Source: Eledone cirrhosa (taxonomy: Eukaryota). Taken from it: a stretch of DNA of 64,000 nucleotides. Of the stretch, positions 26,321 to 39,910 are shown piece after piece (positions within the stretch are counted from its first letter, which is position 1; every line of letters starts with the position of its first letter). The notes below the pieces were generated by a model, which ran no database searches, was not told where the DNA came from, and saw nothing but the letters and a program-made list of their open reading frames with translations. Made by a program: the position numbers and the translations under genes. The stretch is taken from positions 335,730,001-335,794,000 of the forward strand of contig OZ024742.1 in assembly GCA_964016885.1 (NCBI GenBank), written 5' to 3'.

Positions 26321-28129
26321 TTCTTCAAATTTTCTTAATTTTTCTCTACCTTTCTTTGGACTCAGAGAGGGATGAGCACTGCCAGATTTGAATGCTCAGC
26401 ACACGCAGAATGTCACGACGGTGCCCTTCCAGCTTCACTAGGGATTCAGGGCCCATGGATAATTGCGATTTTGTTTCAGGTGTAGAAAACCCAACAAAAG
26501 AAAACAAAACAATTGATATCTGAACTCTGGTCAAGTTGGTATCGTATCATTGGTCAAATAGATATCGCATTACTGCTTAAATTGATATCACATCACTGAT
26601 AAAGTTGGTTTCATTGTATTTCTCTTTTATTCTCCATCCCTATCTATCTGACATCGGACAGCTAACCAGAACAATGGATATTATATAATATAGGTGAGAG
26701 AATTCGTGGTGTTCGGGCAATCTGACTCAGGTTAAATGCAGAAGCGGTCCCGTTGCATTGCTGGGTTAGTTTATCAACACAAACCAGCAATGGTTGCAGC
26801 GGATTTCAGTTTTTATTAAAGTTTTCAAATGCTGCTTTTATGACGTAGATACTTTACACTCATAATTGCCAATCAGTGTTATGTAATATTTACCCACACA
26901 GAACAATGTTAAGCTCCATCAGGACCATGCTATCAATAAGGCCAACTAGGCAGTAATCTATGGCACAGACCTCAGAGAGAAGCATTCTAACCTTAAAGGA
27001 TCATAGTTTTATATAAATTTGTGTAATTAAATTAAATATATAACTTTCTCAGATTAATAAATAAATCGCTAAACATCTTTATCGCGTAGCAACGTTGTGG
27101 AAATATCAAAAGCGGTGGAGAGGGTCATGTGGTGTTATGACTTGTCACCTGAAATGGCGTAGGTGGATTGAGATTATATAGTTAAAAATGCAGGCTTAGT
27201 AATTTTCTTAGAGTGGTCAGGGCAAAAAGTGGCAAAAACTGAATTAATCAGCTTAGCAAACTGTAAGTTGAAATCATTTTATTTGGTAAAATGGGGCGCA
27301 TATTGTAGAGCTAACCTTAGGCGTTAAATACCAAGGCGCCAGCTCTGATACCCATTGTTACCAGAATAATTTCTCTCTCTCTTACTCCGTTTGTTTTCCT
27401 GTCTGCAAGGACGAAAACGTGTGACTGTGAAACCTTTTTCTATTTAATGTTCGGTTTTCCTTAAATTATTTCTGATATTCTTATATTAGAAACTATACCA
27501 TTTAATAATCACATTGTTATATTATTTTGCTGAATTATCAGTCTAATTATACATCGATGTTTTTTAAAGCGTTTTAAAGATATAATCTGCTCTACTTCTA
27601 TTCTCTTGGTATTTTACATACATTTTAAGGGATCTATTCGTCTCGTCTCTTTTCGTACGTCTCTCGTCGCCTCGCCTTGAATGTACCATTCGTGTTAGGC
27701 AGAACGTCGAGGGATTTAGAGAGTTATATTCTTTTATATAAATATCCTAGGGAAACAATTTATATCTTAAGTATGAATCAATGAAAATTAAGACGGACCA
27801 GACAAGTAGATTAATCACACGGGAGAAACGTGTCGCTAAAAGAATCTAGCCATCAACATCTCCAGACAGGAACAAAAATATATAATTTACAGTGAAGTCA
27901 TGAATTATTCAAAAGCAGACGATTTCTAGTGTTTCACGAATATGTTGTATGTTGATGAAGTGTTATAACAGTCAATTCCATATTTATTTCCTTGCCATTT
28001 CAGTAAATAATTACAAAAATACTATTTTCAGCAATCTTTCACGAGTTGGGAATACAATAAGCCACTATTATTACAGTTAATCATATCAGACGCGATTTCG
28101 AATACTATCGAAAATGGTGTGTTAAAATG

Positions 28130-28930
28130 CCTAGTTTAGTGGTTAAGGTGTTGAGCTTACAATCGTAAAGTCGCGAATTCTCTTTTCGGGGCCGCGCAGT
28201 GCGTTGTGTTTTTGAGCAAGACACTTTATTTCACCTTGATCTAGTCCAGGGGTCAGCAACCCTCGGCTCGCGAAAGTTTCAATCTTAGGCTAAGCGATCC
28301 CTGAAAAAGTGCTCTGAATTATTTTGGATTAGAATACCGACTACAAAACACGTCTAGCCACAAGACTCACTTAGCTGAACGCAATTTTTTGGGTGACAGT
28401 AACAAAGAATCAAACTCAGACAAATATAATAGTCAGACATCGAGGTCAAGGGGACTGTGTGTGTGTATATTTATGTATATACGTGCATACATAGTATGTG
28501 TATGGCAGGGATGTGGATTGACCCAGACTTAACTAAAAAAATAAGCGTGTCTAACATACAGTTATTTTATTTCAGCCTTAAAATTAGTCACTATTTTATC
28601 ATATTACTGTATTCGTTTTTACCTATGTTCTCATTACTTATTTGATATCATGTTCCGCCGACGAGATACTGCATAGCAATGTGGCCCACACCCCACAGAA
28701 GGTTGCCGACTCCTGTTCTAGTCAATTCAGCTGGAAAAAAGAATAGTTACGACATCACTAGTACCAAAGCCTTTCCTTTTCCCTTAAACAACATTGATGA
28801 CGTGGAGAGAGAAGACTAGTCTGCATGTGTGACTGTTGATCTTCCATAATTACACCTTATTCAGGCTTGTGCTTTGGAGAACTTTCCAGGTGTAGGCTCA
28901 TGGTTAATTATGACGGAAGGAGTCTTCAGA
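28130..28930 (+). mobile_element. SINE family B-like copy split by a hAT MITE
   Basis: tRNA-like head TAGTGGTTAAGGTG and core TTGAGCAAGACACTTTATTTCAC. The sequence resumes after 28723. Confidence 0.7.
28247..28715. mobile_element. hAT (Charlie-like) MITE with an 8-bp TSD
   Basis: TIRs CAGGGGTCAGCAACC and the reverse complement of CAGGAGTCGGCAACC. TSD ATCTAGTC / TTCTAGTC. Confidence 0.9.
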
Positions 28931-28989
28931 GGTGGCTGTGAGGCCTCCACTTACAAATCAGTTAACATTTCAACATGGTTCATTATCAG

Positions 28990-29155
28990 TACCACGTAGT
29001 CGATTGTTTAAGAAGTTCGCCCCATAATCAGGAGATAACGGGTTCGGTCCTGCTTCGTGGCATCTTGAGTAGGTGTCATTTACTATAGTTTCAGGTCGAC
29101 TAAAGTACTTGTGAATGAAATTAGGAATACAGAAATAGTTTAAAAGCCTGTCGAA
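28990..29155 (+). mobile_element. SINE family C (resembles a common Octopus tRNA SINE)
   Basis: GGTTCGGTCC..GTGGCATCTTGAGTAGGTGTC..TACTATAG..GGTCGACTAAAG..CTTGTGA. The family assignment is from recall. Confidence 0.6.
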
Positions 29156-29206
29156 TTAATTAATTTGTCATACACTGTGTCCCAATACATTTATTCCAGA
29201 ACATTA

Positions 29207-29209
<3 letters not shown>

Positions 29210-29301
<92 letters not shown>
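29210..29301. repeat. (CA)n microsatellite
   Basis: Direct reading. Confidence 0.99.
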
Positions 29302-29304
<3 letters not shown>

Positions 29305-29704
29305 CTAACTTCATAAACCATAACCTCCTTCTGCTTCCTATAAACCCTCTACATTCGATTTTCAGTAGTAGCAGGGCCATACAATATCCAGTTTCTTGTG
29401 AGCACCACCATACATATCACTCTCACATCCTATAGTTTTTTGTTGAGAAGTACTAGCGGTATCATTCGTCGATATTGACCCAATACGGTTTGTGTTTTTG
29501 AAATAATTTACTACGCATTTTAAGATCAAATTATCAACACTGCTTCGTCTTTTTTATATAAGTCCTTCCCTGCTATATTCCAGTCTCTTTCTGTACGAAC
29601 AATTTCAAAGGCAATGGCTTGCATTCGTAGACGTCTAATTTCCAAAAGATTATTAACTGTAAATTTCATTTCTGATTCTTAATCCTTGTTATTATTTGAT
29701 TGAT

Positions 29705-30250
29705 CCAGGGCAGCGAATTGGCAGTATTGGTAGAGCGTCGGACAACATGCTTCGTGGCATAGAGTTACGGGCCTTTACGTTCTGTGATCAAATCCCGCCG
29801 AGGTTAGCTTTTTCTTTCATCCTTACGGGGTCGATAAAATAAAGTACCAGTAATCGACTTTCCCCGCCTCTTCAAATTGCTGGCCTTGTGCCTAAAGTAG
29901 AAACAATTATTTGATTGAGGCTCAAGGTGATAGATTAGCAGAATCGGTAGAGCGACGGACAAAATGTTTTGTGGTTTCTAGTTTCGGCTCTTTAGCATTC
30001 TGAGTTTAAATCCTGCCGATGTTAATTTTGGCTTTTATCCTACCGGTATTGATAAAATAAAGTACGAGTCCAGTACTACGGTAAATTTAATCAATATTCC
30101 CTTTCCCCAAATCCAGCCGAGGTCAATTTTGTCGTTTATCCTCTCAGGGTCGGGGTTGATAAAATAAGTAGTAATCAAATACTAGGGTTGATATAATCAA
30201 CTATCTACCCCCTCGAAATTGATGGCCTTGTGCCTAAATTAAAAACCATT
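29705..30250 (+). mobile_element. Tandem SINE family A copies (29705-29905 with TSD ATTATTTGATTGA; older copies 29920-30250)
   Basis: A and B boxes, core and tail as in the other copies. Confidence 0.88.
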
Positions 30251-30547
30251 AATTGATTGACTTCCAACTCCCCCTTTTCTTGATCAATTATACGGCTGTT
30301 GTTTCAACAGACGTTAGGGAGGGAAGAGGTATAAGCCCATAGCCTACATCCACCCGTATTTTCCGCTGTCCACCCGTCTTTCAATCATCAGCTCGCCTAT
30401 TCAAACAGTCTTCTTGTCTTTCCAACAGGTTAGTGATTACTACCATATGTATGTATGTACGTACATATGTGTGCGTATGTATGCATTCTATATACATATA
30501 TTCACACGCAAACACACTCATATATATATTCACACGCAAACACACTC

Positions 30548-30604
<57 letters not shown>

Positions 30605-30662
30605 GAGGTAAATATCTCGCTGAGTACTAAGTACACATTGAGATATATATGTTCTGCTCATC

Positions 30663-30745
<83 letters not shown>

Positions 30746-30850
30746 TATTGAAGTTTCCGTTGAAAATTGAAAAAGTCATAGGAGTGAAGAGTGCTCTATA
30801 TAAGTACCAGAGCAAAATTTAATGTATAATAAACAATACAATATAATTAC

Positions 30851-30916
30851 CCCATTACCAAAGGTTTCCCGAATAGGACGAATACGAAAAACGCCCTCAT
30901 TCGTTCGTCGGACAAG
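30851..30916 (-). ncRNA. Degenerate hammerhead-like motif near the 3' end of the Naiad-type element
   Basis: Minus strand: CTTGT-CCGACGA-ACGAAT..ATTCGG-GAA-ACC ttt GGT-A-ATGGG. U4 is replaced by C and stem I is GU-rich. Confidence 0.45.
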
Positions 30917-32887
30917 GCAATTTAAAACATAGTGAAATATTTGAAAAGTCTCCTCAAGAAATGCAAGAGTTTAACGCGCAAAAAATATATAAATAAAAGT
31001 AATGCAAGAGATATATAAAAAAATAAGGAAATATAGTTAGGGTATGTGTATATGTATGTATATACACTCACAAATGTACATATGTGTGTATGTACAAATG
31101 CATGTGTATGGTGAAAATGTGTGCGTAAGTACATATATGAGGGCAAGTATATTTGTGTATATGTGACCACAAATACGTATATAATATGAGTTAAAAAAGA
31201 AATTGTATGATAATATAGTTAACACGCATCCAGATACAGGTATTAAATACACATACGAGTATGAAAGCACGCGTATAAACACACACACGCGCGTGGTCAC
31301 TTATATGCGGAAGATAAAGAGGGAAGGGAGTGTAATAGTAAAAAGAAGTGTCATTCTCGTTATATGTATAAAAATGAAACAATATATGAGAATGAAAAAA
31401 AATTTTAAATCAAAGAGAAAGTAATCAATTAAACTAGAGAAAAGAAAACAAACATAGGTACGCACGTACACACACATATATAAAAAAAATTTATACACAC
31501 AAATACGTACAGACAAAAGCGCATGCATGCGTACATACATACACACGAGGCACGTATATGTATATATATATATATCGCCACATGTATATCTAATCACACG
31601 TACGTTCGCGACTATATATATATATACATATATACATACACACCTATACATACATATAGATATACACACATATACATACACATACATTCACCCGCATACA
31701 CACACACGTATAAATAAGTATGTAATAAACATAGATATAACAAAAACATAGATATAAAAACACACATACACACATATATATACGTACGCACGCACACATA
31801 CGGAGGCGTTCGTATACATATACAGAACGTATACACACATAAGCACACTCACACACATAGATACAGATTATAAACCAGCCGTATGAATAAATGAGTACAA
31901 ATATAAAATCCGCTGCGAAACAACAGAATATATCTGGAGTGGAAAACGCAAATGACATTTGATATCAGGTAGTGAAAGAAAATGAGGAAGTAAAATGTGG
32001 AATGTGAAGATATTAGGTAAGTGAATCGAAAAGTAGGGGGGGGGGGTACTGGTGGATGTGAAGTAAAAATAAAAATAAAATTAAAAATAAAAATAAAATT
32101 AAAAATAAAGTTAAAAATGAAAGTAAATCAGAAAGAGAAGTCTGTAAAGAGGATAATTTAAGGAAAGTGAAGAATAAGAGGTTATGGAGGATAAGTATCT
32201 GAAAGTGAGTTAAGTTTATATGAGCTGGAAAGCAAGGTGATTTCATGTGTGGGCAACTGGTGAAAATTTCTGTTTTTGTATTTAGGCAGGTTTTTGGTGA
32301 TTTAAGGTTCTGTAAAATCCAATATTTTTCACTTATGCAGAGTGTGCATCTTCTTGTTCCTCTTGCATATTCTTTAGATTGGTTCACAATTGACCAATCC
32401 AATTTATATTGGATACCTTGGTCTTTCAAATCCCATATTCTGCTAGCCAGAGCTGTTGTGAATCTTTTTTCTGGATGTCGGAAAGATGCGACATGTGAGT
32501 AATAACGCGTTTTGAATTTGTCTTGTGTCATACCCACATATCGTTCGCTGGTGGCTGGTTGGTTGTTGCTGATGGTTGTCACTTTAGCCGCATATACAAT
32601 GGCTTTGGTGTTGCATTTACCTTGTAATGGGCATTCACTTTTGACTCTACATGAGCAATTTTGATGTTCTCTGGGTGATTTCTTATTGATGATATAAGAT
32701 TTAATAGGGGTACCGCAGGAGTAGCTAATTTTGACACAGTTTCTATTGAAGATCAGTATCTATGTGTTCTAGGGAAATGTTTATCTAAGAGCTCTAGGAA
32801 TGATTTGCCTACATTAGTTTTAACTGCTAGAGAGTAGGGGGTGTGAACCAGATTATTTTTCTTTTCCTATTATTATGTTTAAAAGAG

Positions 32888-33074
32888 CTGGCGGTGGATT
32901 GGCAGTATCGGTAGAGAGTCGGACGCTATGCTTTCCAGCATAGTTACGTCCCTTTACGGTCTGAGTTCAAATCCCGCTGAGGTTTACTTTGCCTTTCATC
33001 CTTATAGGGTCGATAAAATAAAGTACCAGTAATGCACTGGGTAATTGCTGGCCTTGTGCCAAAAGTAGAAACAC
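32888..33074 (+). mobile_element. SINE family A inserted in the Penelope ORF with a 15-bp TSD
   Basis: TSD TTATGTTTAAAAGAG at 32873-32887 and 33075-33089. Confidence 0.95.
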
Positions 33075-34136
33075 TTATGTTTAAAAGAGTTAGTATTGTT
33101 GGGTATGTACTTAATCGGTTCGCTAAATCCGCTATTTTGAAGGGCTTTATTATAGTAGGGGGATGCCTTATTGAAAATAGCTTCTGAGGAAGAGAGGGTG
33201 GAGATCCTACGGCTAATATTAGGGATAAGGTTTTTAAAAACTATAGGAGGATGGCAAGAGCCTTTATTTATATATTTTAAATTTTCATTAGGTTTATGAT
33301 ATGGTTTATAAGAAGCAGTAGGCAGATCTAGGTTTATATCTAGAAAATTAACATTGGAAAGGTTAGTGTCAATAGTAATTTTAAGATTAAAACTAGCGAA
33401 GGTTTTTATTAAGTCTTTCCTTAATCTATCTAAGTTATGGCCTATGGTGGTATGGGAAAGTATTAGACCATCGTCGCGATAAAGCCCCAAAATATGGTTA
33501 GGGAATTTTTCTTTAAGTCTGTGTAGGAGGAATAGGCCGACTAAATCACAAACATCAGCACTGTCAAAAGAATCCATTGAGACATCGAATGGGTTCTCTG
33601 GGTTAGATATTTTTACCCAAGTGTCATTATCATTAAAGAGTAGAGTGTTTCTAGCATGCAAGATGACATTCTCTTCAATATCAGAAATATTGGTAAACTT
33701 TCTAGCGAAATTTAAGGCTTTCGCTAAAAGAGTCTGAGTGATAGACGGGTAGAAATCTACAATGTCAAATTGGGTGAATCTAGAACTATTTTTATCTTTA
33801 ATATTATTAAACCAATGTACTACGGAAGAGCTATTTATCCATTGGAGTAATTCAGACTTACTTCTAATCTGTGTGTTTATATTATTTAAAAATTTGTTGC
33901 TGGCAAGACCGATATCAGTCGTAGCAGGGTTGATTAATCTACAACTAGGACGATTAATAAAGTCAGGTTTGTGATCTTTAAGGGTGATATATGCATTACG
34001 TCTAGCAAGTTTTTCTGTCCTATTATCTATTTTTAAAGAACTAGCTAATTCTTTAGCTTCCTTATTTGTATTATTATACGTGTTTATATTAGCTATGTGG
34101 TATTTAGAGGTGATGTTATCTATTAAGAGTTGGTCA

Positions 34137-34317
34137 TGATTGGCAGTATCGATAGAGGGTCGGACGCCATGCTTTCCAGCATAGTTACGTCCCTTTACGA
34201 TCTGAGTTCAAATCCCGCCGAGGTTGACTTTGCCTTTCATGCTTACGGGGTCGATAAAATAAAGTACCAGTAATGCACTGGGTAATTGCTGGCCTTGTGC
34301 CTAAAGTAGAAACAATT
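34137..34317 (+). mobile_element. SINE family A
   Basis: Near-identical to the 20005-20195 copy. Confidence 0.93.
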
Positions 34318-34426
34318 ATATATATATATACATACATACACACACGCACATACATATATATGTATATATGTATATATGTATATATATATATATACATATA
34401 TATATATACATATATATGTATATATG

Positions 34427-34461
<35 letters not shown>

Positions 34462-34534
34462 GAGTGTGTGTGAATATAGGTACATATAATGCATACATAC
34501 GTACGTGCATATATATATATACATATATATACAT

Positions 34535-34590
<56 letters not shown>

Positions 34591-34824
34591 GACGTAAAAT
34601 ATTTTTTTTAAAAAAAATTTAAAAAAATTTTTTCTTACTTAAATTTTCACTCCAACTAATTAGTTTCTGCAATGGGATAAAGACAGTTACGTAATCCTTT
34701 ATATTTACGTCCTTTATATTATTGTTCTGCATTCTCCTGCATTGAACCACCTAGGTACTATGACATAACCTGTGTATTTGCTGGCATGGGCGTGCATCTG
34801 TGCGCTTATGTTAGTTGATATATT

Positions 34825-34896
<72 letters not shown>

Positions 34897-34897
<1 letters not shown>

Positions 34898-35085
34898 CAA
34901 AGGAATTGTGGTAAGGAACCAGATGGACCATAACGCACCAGAGTACTCAATACTTAGGGTAGTAGAGTGGGAAATAGGAAAAAGTATAACCCCGACGGCA
35001 GAGCTCAACGACGGCTATTTCTGGACTAGTCCAGAAATAGCCGTCGAAACGGCTTGAGCTCTGCCGTCGGGGTCATACTTTTTAA
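34897..35085. mobile_element. Fold-back cassette (family Y) between TA arrays, with the 3' half of a hammerhead
   Basis: Perfect 38-bp palindrome at 35009-35046 nested in ~30-bp inverted arms, followed by GAAACGGC..GCCGTC-GGGG. Homologous to 55301-55443. Confidence 0.7.
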
Positions 35086-35102
35086 TATATATATATATAT
35101 AT

Positions 35103-35622
<520 letters not shown>

Positions 35623-35659
35623 CATATATATATATATATACATACATATATAAATATAT

Positions 35660-35698
<39 letters not shown>

Positions 35699-35713
35699 CA
35701 TATATATATATAT

Positions 35714-35777
<64 letters not shown>

Positions 35778-36415
35778 GTATATCATTAAAATTCTCCATT
35801 AGAAAATTAATAAAGTAAATATGTCATTTTGCTGCGGCCGTCGCGGAAAGACATGTCTGGAACGTAGTGTTTTAGAAGATATGAGGGTGGAGGTGACATT
35901 GAGTGGGAGCGGGTGATGGATGCGTTGTAGAGTGCTAATGCGCTTTGGTTGGACAGAAGGAGAAACATTGCTAATTGTAACTCCACCCCTTTGATGTTGG
36001 CTCAGTTTGTAAAAACCTTTCTATTATTTGACATTTTTTCTTTCCCATTCTCTCACACCATTAATTTATTTAGATGCTTTTCCACGAAAAACACGCATTC
36101 AGACAGACGCACGCAATCGTATACACACACACAATCAAACACACAGAAACAGATGCAGAGACACACACACAATCATATACACACATAAACACACACACAC
36201 ACTCGCTCTCTCCCATACACATACATATAGGAACATATATAAGTATAATTGTAACTGTATGTATGTATGTATATGTAGATAGATGTTGACATACATATTT
36301 GCCCACGTTAAGGTATATTTACCACTCTTTCACCGAGACACGAACATACACACACATATACATGAATACATGAGTGCATAAATATACATACATACAAACA
36401 CAGACACACACACAC

Positions 36416-36493
<78 letters not shown>

Positions 36494-36511
36494 GTATACA
36501 TACATATAGAA

Positions 36512-36559
<48 letters not shown>

Positions 36560-36899
36560 CTGTGTGTACGTGTGTGTGTGTGTGTGCGCGCGTGTGTATG
36601 TGTGTATACGTATACGTATAGTTGTTGATATTTACAATACTTTGAACGCTAAGAACAATGTTAATAATATCATATCTCCGACAAAGAATAGAACTATCTA
36701 AGTGTGTTGAGTGTATACACACACACATATATATGTGTGTGTGTGTGTATGCGTGTGTTTGTGTGTGGTGAATATTTGTGTGTGTGTATGTGTGTATGCG
36801 TGTGTTTGTGTGTGGTGAATATTTGTGTGTGTGTATGTGTGTATTATGTATGTTATTGTATGCGTGAATGTGTATGTTTTGAGTCATATGTGTGCATGT

Positions 36900-37362
36900 G
36901 CATATGTTTTTTATTTGTACACGTATACATGCAGAATTATTTGAATGTTTTACATATTTTTACTGTTCCATTAATGGATTGTACTTGTAATTTCCTAACT
37001 AGTCGTGTTCTTTCTGGTTTCGTGAAGCTCAGCTTCTCAAGATTTGTATTGAGGCAGTTACTAACATATCCCAGTGTCCCAATAATCACTGGTATAAATC
37101 TGAAGGTATAGTCAGGGTGAAGTATCTGCAGATTCCTCAATTGTTCTGCATAAACATTCTCATTTTCGCTAATCTCGAATATCATATTGGCATCTGCTGG
37201 ACAGCTAACATCCACTACCATGAATATCATTATATCTGGTCTGTTATGTTTGCATTTTATTGGAGTTTTGACTGGAACATTCCATTAGTAGTCTTTCATA
37301 TTATGTATATGTATGTCTTCCGCATTGCTGTTATTTTAATATGTTTATTGGGCTATCTGTTC
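36900..37362 (-). mobile_element. R4/Dong-like 3' fragment
   Basis: VDVSCPADAN..LRNLQILHPDYTFRFIPVIIG.LG, near-identical to 44415-44880. Confidence 0.88.
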
Positions 37363-37418
37363 TATGTATGTATGTATGTATGTATGTATGTATGTATGTA
37401 TGTATGTATGTATGTATG

Positions 37419-37447
<29 letters not shown>
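37363..37447. repeat. (TATG)n microsatellite
   Basis: Direct reading. Confidence 0.98.
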
Positions 37448-37449
<2 letters not shown>

Positions 37450-39747
37450 GTACGAAGGTGGCGAGAGCACTTTGATGATCTTTTGAATCAGCTGTCTGTC
37501 GTCAGTGAAGATTTTCTCAATCTCATTCCAGAAAGTCCTGTGAAAGTAGCTCTCGCAGAACCTCCGACGCTTGTGGAGGTTGCAGTGGCTATTTCGAAGC
37601 TGAACAGTGGAGGATCTCCAGGTATGGATGGCATACATGCTGAGCTCCTACAATATGGTGGTGAGAGACTCCTGCAACATCTTCACTCTTTGTTTGGCAG
37701 GATATGGGCTAATGAATCCGTACCTGAGGACTGGAGAGATGCAGTAATGGTGGTCTTGTACAAGGAAAAGGGTAACAGGAACGATTGTGGGAACTACAGA
37801 GGTATATCATTGCTTTCTGTCGTAGGGAAAGTTTTATGTAGGGTGCTTCTGGACCGTCTGCTGACACACATTGCAGATTGTGTTCTTCCTGAAAGTCAAT
37901 CTGGTTTTCGTGCTGGACGCGGCACTACTGATATGATCTTCTCAGCTAGACAGCTCCAGGAGAAGTGCATGGAACAAGGCTTGGATCTGTATCAGGTTTT
38001 TGTCGATCTGACAAATGCTTTCGATACTGTTAACAGAGATGCATTATGGAAGGTTCTCCAGAAACTTGGTTGCCCTGATAAGTTCCTTGCTTTAGTTAGG
38101 TCTTTCCATGACGACATGAAGGCTTGGGTTAATGTCGGGGGTAACATGTCGGAGCCTATCTCAGTAAAAAATGGAGTGAAACAGGGGGATATTCCAGCAC
38201 CGACCCTGTTTGCCATATACTTTGCAATGGTTTTCTGTATTGCATTCAGGAATTACGAGCATGGTGTTTACATCCGATATCGAACCTCAGGCAGCATATT
38301 TAACATCAGGCGCTTTGCTGCGAAGACAAAGGTGTTTACATAAATCATAAGAGACCTCTTGTATGCAGATGATTGCGATCTTGTAGCGCACACAGAGAGT
38401 GATATGCAGCACATTTTGAATGAATTTTCTGACGCTTGCACTGCCCTAGGTCTGACTGTCAGTCTCAAGAAAACCGTCGTCATGTACCAACCTGCCCCTG
38501 GTAAGCCGTACACTGAACCAAACATCTATGTGTATGGCAAACGACTTGGAGTGGTTGATCAGTTTGTCTACCTGGGAAGCACTGTCAATCGATACAGCAA
38601 CCTTGACAGTGAAATCTCACTTAGGATTAGGAAAGCAAGTGATGCTTTCGGAAAGCTAGAAAGGCGACTCTGGGGTCGGTGAGACATATGCAGGAGGACA
38701 AAGGTAAAGGTGTACAGGGCATGTGTGCTCTCTTGTCTTCTTTATGCCTGCGAGACCTGGGTTACATATCGACACCACCTTAAGCAATTTGAGCGTTTCC
38801 ATCAGATGTGTCCCAGACTGATCCATGGCGTTCACTGGAGGGACCACATCAGTGATGTCGAGATTTTGGAAAGCTCTATGTGTGACAGTATAGAAGCTCT
38901 TGTGCTTAAGCAACGACTCCGTTGGAGTGGTCACCTTGCCAGGATGAAGGATTCTAGAATACCAAAACAACTCTTTTATGGAGAGTTGGTTAAAGGAAAA
39001 CGACCGCCACATAAACCAAAAAAGAGGTATAAGGATTCCTTGAAAGCTTCTCTGAAAGACGCTAACATCTCTGCTGATACATGGGAGAATATTGCTGCTG
39101 ATCGTAATAAATGGAGAAAGACTGTATATGAGGGAAAAGTTGCCTTTGAGGCATCTCGAATCGCATACGAGAAAGTAAAGCGGGATGTGAGGAAGGGCAT
39201 TGCTGTTGCACTTTCAGACGGCGAGGGTCCTCCTATGGTGCTGACATGCAGCGTATGTGCGAGACTCTGTCTAAGCAAAGCTGGACTCGAAAGTTATCTT
39301 CGCAGTCATAAAGTAAGACCAGTGGTTGACTACCAGGCTGCTGTTGGAGATGCTACTCATCATGCTTGCCAAACATGTGGTAGGGAATGTAAATCAGCAG
39401 GAGGGCTCAAGCGACATGCAAAAGTACACGAACTCCAACCACAGCCGACTATTCCCAGTGAATGTTTTGGTTGCCGACTCTGTGCAAGACATTTTAGATC
39501 ATTGGCTGGGCTAAAAAGCCACATTCGATCGCAGCGCTGTTAGTTGCTATCGTATGTGTGTGTGTGTGTAGATATGCTTATGTGTGTGCGTGTGTGTGTA
39601 TATATATATATGTATATGTATATTATTATTGTTGTTGTCGTTATTATTACTGTTGTTATTGTTATTATTATTATTATTATTGTTATTAATGTATGTGTGT
39701 GTGTATATGTGTGTGTGAGTGTGTGTGTGTGTGTGTATATGTGCATG

Positions 39748-39787
<40 letters not shown>

Positions 39788-39892
39788 TATTTTTTTATTT
39801 TTTTTAAATTTTTATTTATTTATTATTATTACTTTTTCTTTCTTTCTCCTCGTGCAATGGCCATACTCGATAACGAGAGGGCAGCCATCAGG
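37448..39892 (+). mobile_element. RTE-clade LINE, 5'-truncated: RT plus three C2H2 fingers (frame 37483-39543 with 2 stops)
   Basis: CGNYRGISLL, ESQSGFR..RGTTDMIF, GVKQG, LYADD, LRWSGHLARM, then CSVC..YLRSH, CQTC..HAKVH and CRLC..HIRS. 3' end GGCCATACTCGATAACGAGAGGGCAGCCATC plus (TATG)n. Confidence 0.95.
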
Positions 39893-39910
39893 TATGTATG
39901 TATGTATTTA

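Larger units (their letters stand above)
30750..34136 (-). mobile_element. Penelope-like element, Naiad-type (RT and GIY-YIG), 5'-truncated and SINE-interrupted
   Basis: RT motifs FDIVDFYPSI, FDVSM.SFDSADVCDLVG and GLYRDDGL. Linker VKTNVG..FL..LDKHFP..IFNRN.VK.SYSC, then CSC.....CPL.GKC. Endonuclease IVY..YVGMT..FK.RY..H..C.LC..EK. Long low-complexity 3' region. Confidence 0.88.

Noticed and set aside
26346-26534. 62-aa minus-strand ORF in unique-looking sequence
   Set aside because: No recognisable domain and no clear splice acceptor, so it cannot be supported as an exon.
27290-27348. GGCGCCAGCTCTG, resembling a hAT terminus
   Set aside because: No partner TIR or TSD found.
32230-32760. 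Possible selenocysteine recoding, as reported for some Naiad elements
   Set aside because: The conserved Cys positions I read are all TGT/TGC, with no in-frame TGA at those sites.
32888-32990. tRNA-like A and B boxes in SINE heads (also 50606-50666)
   Set aside because: These are SINE heads with an enlarged spacer and no full cloverleaf, not tRNA genes.
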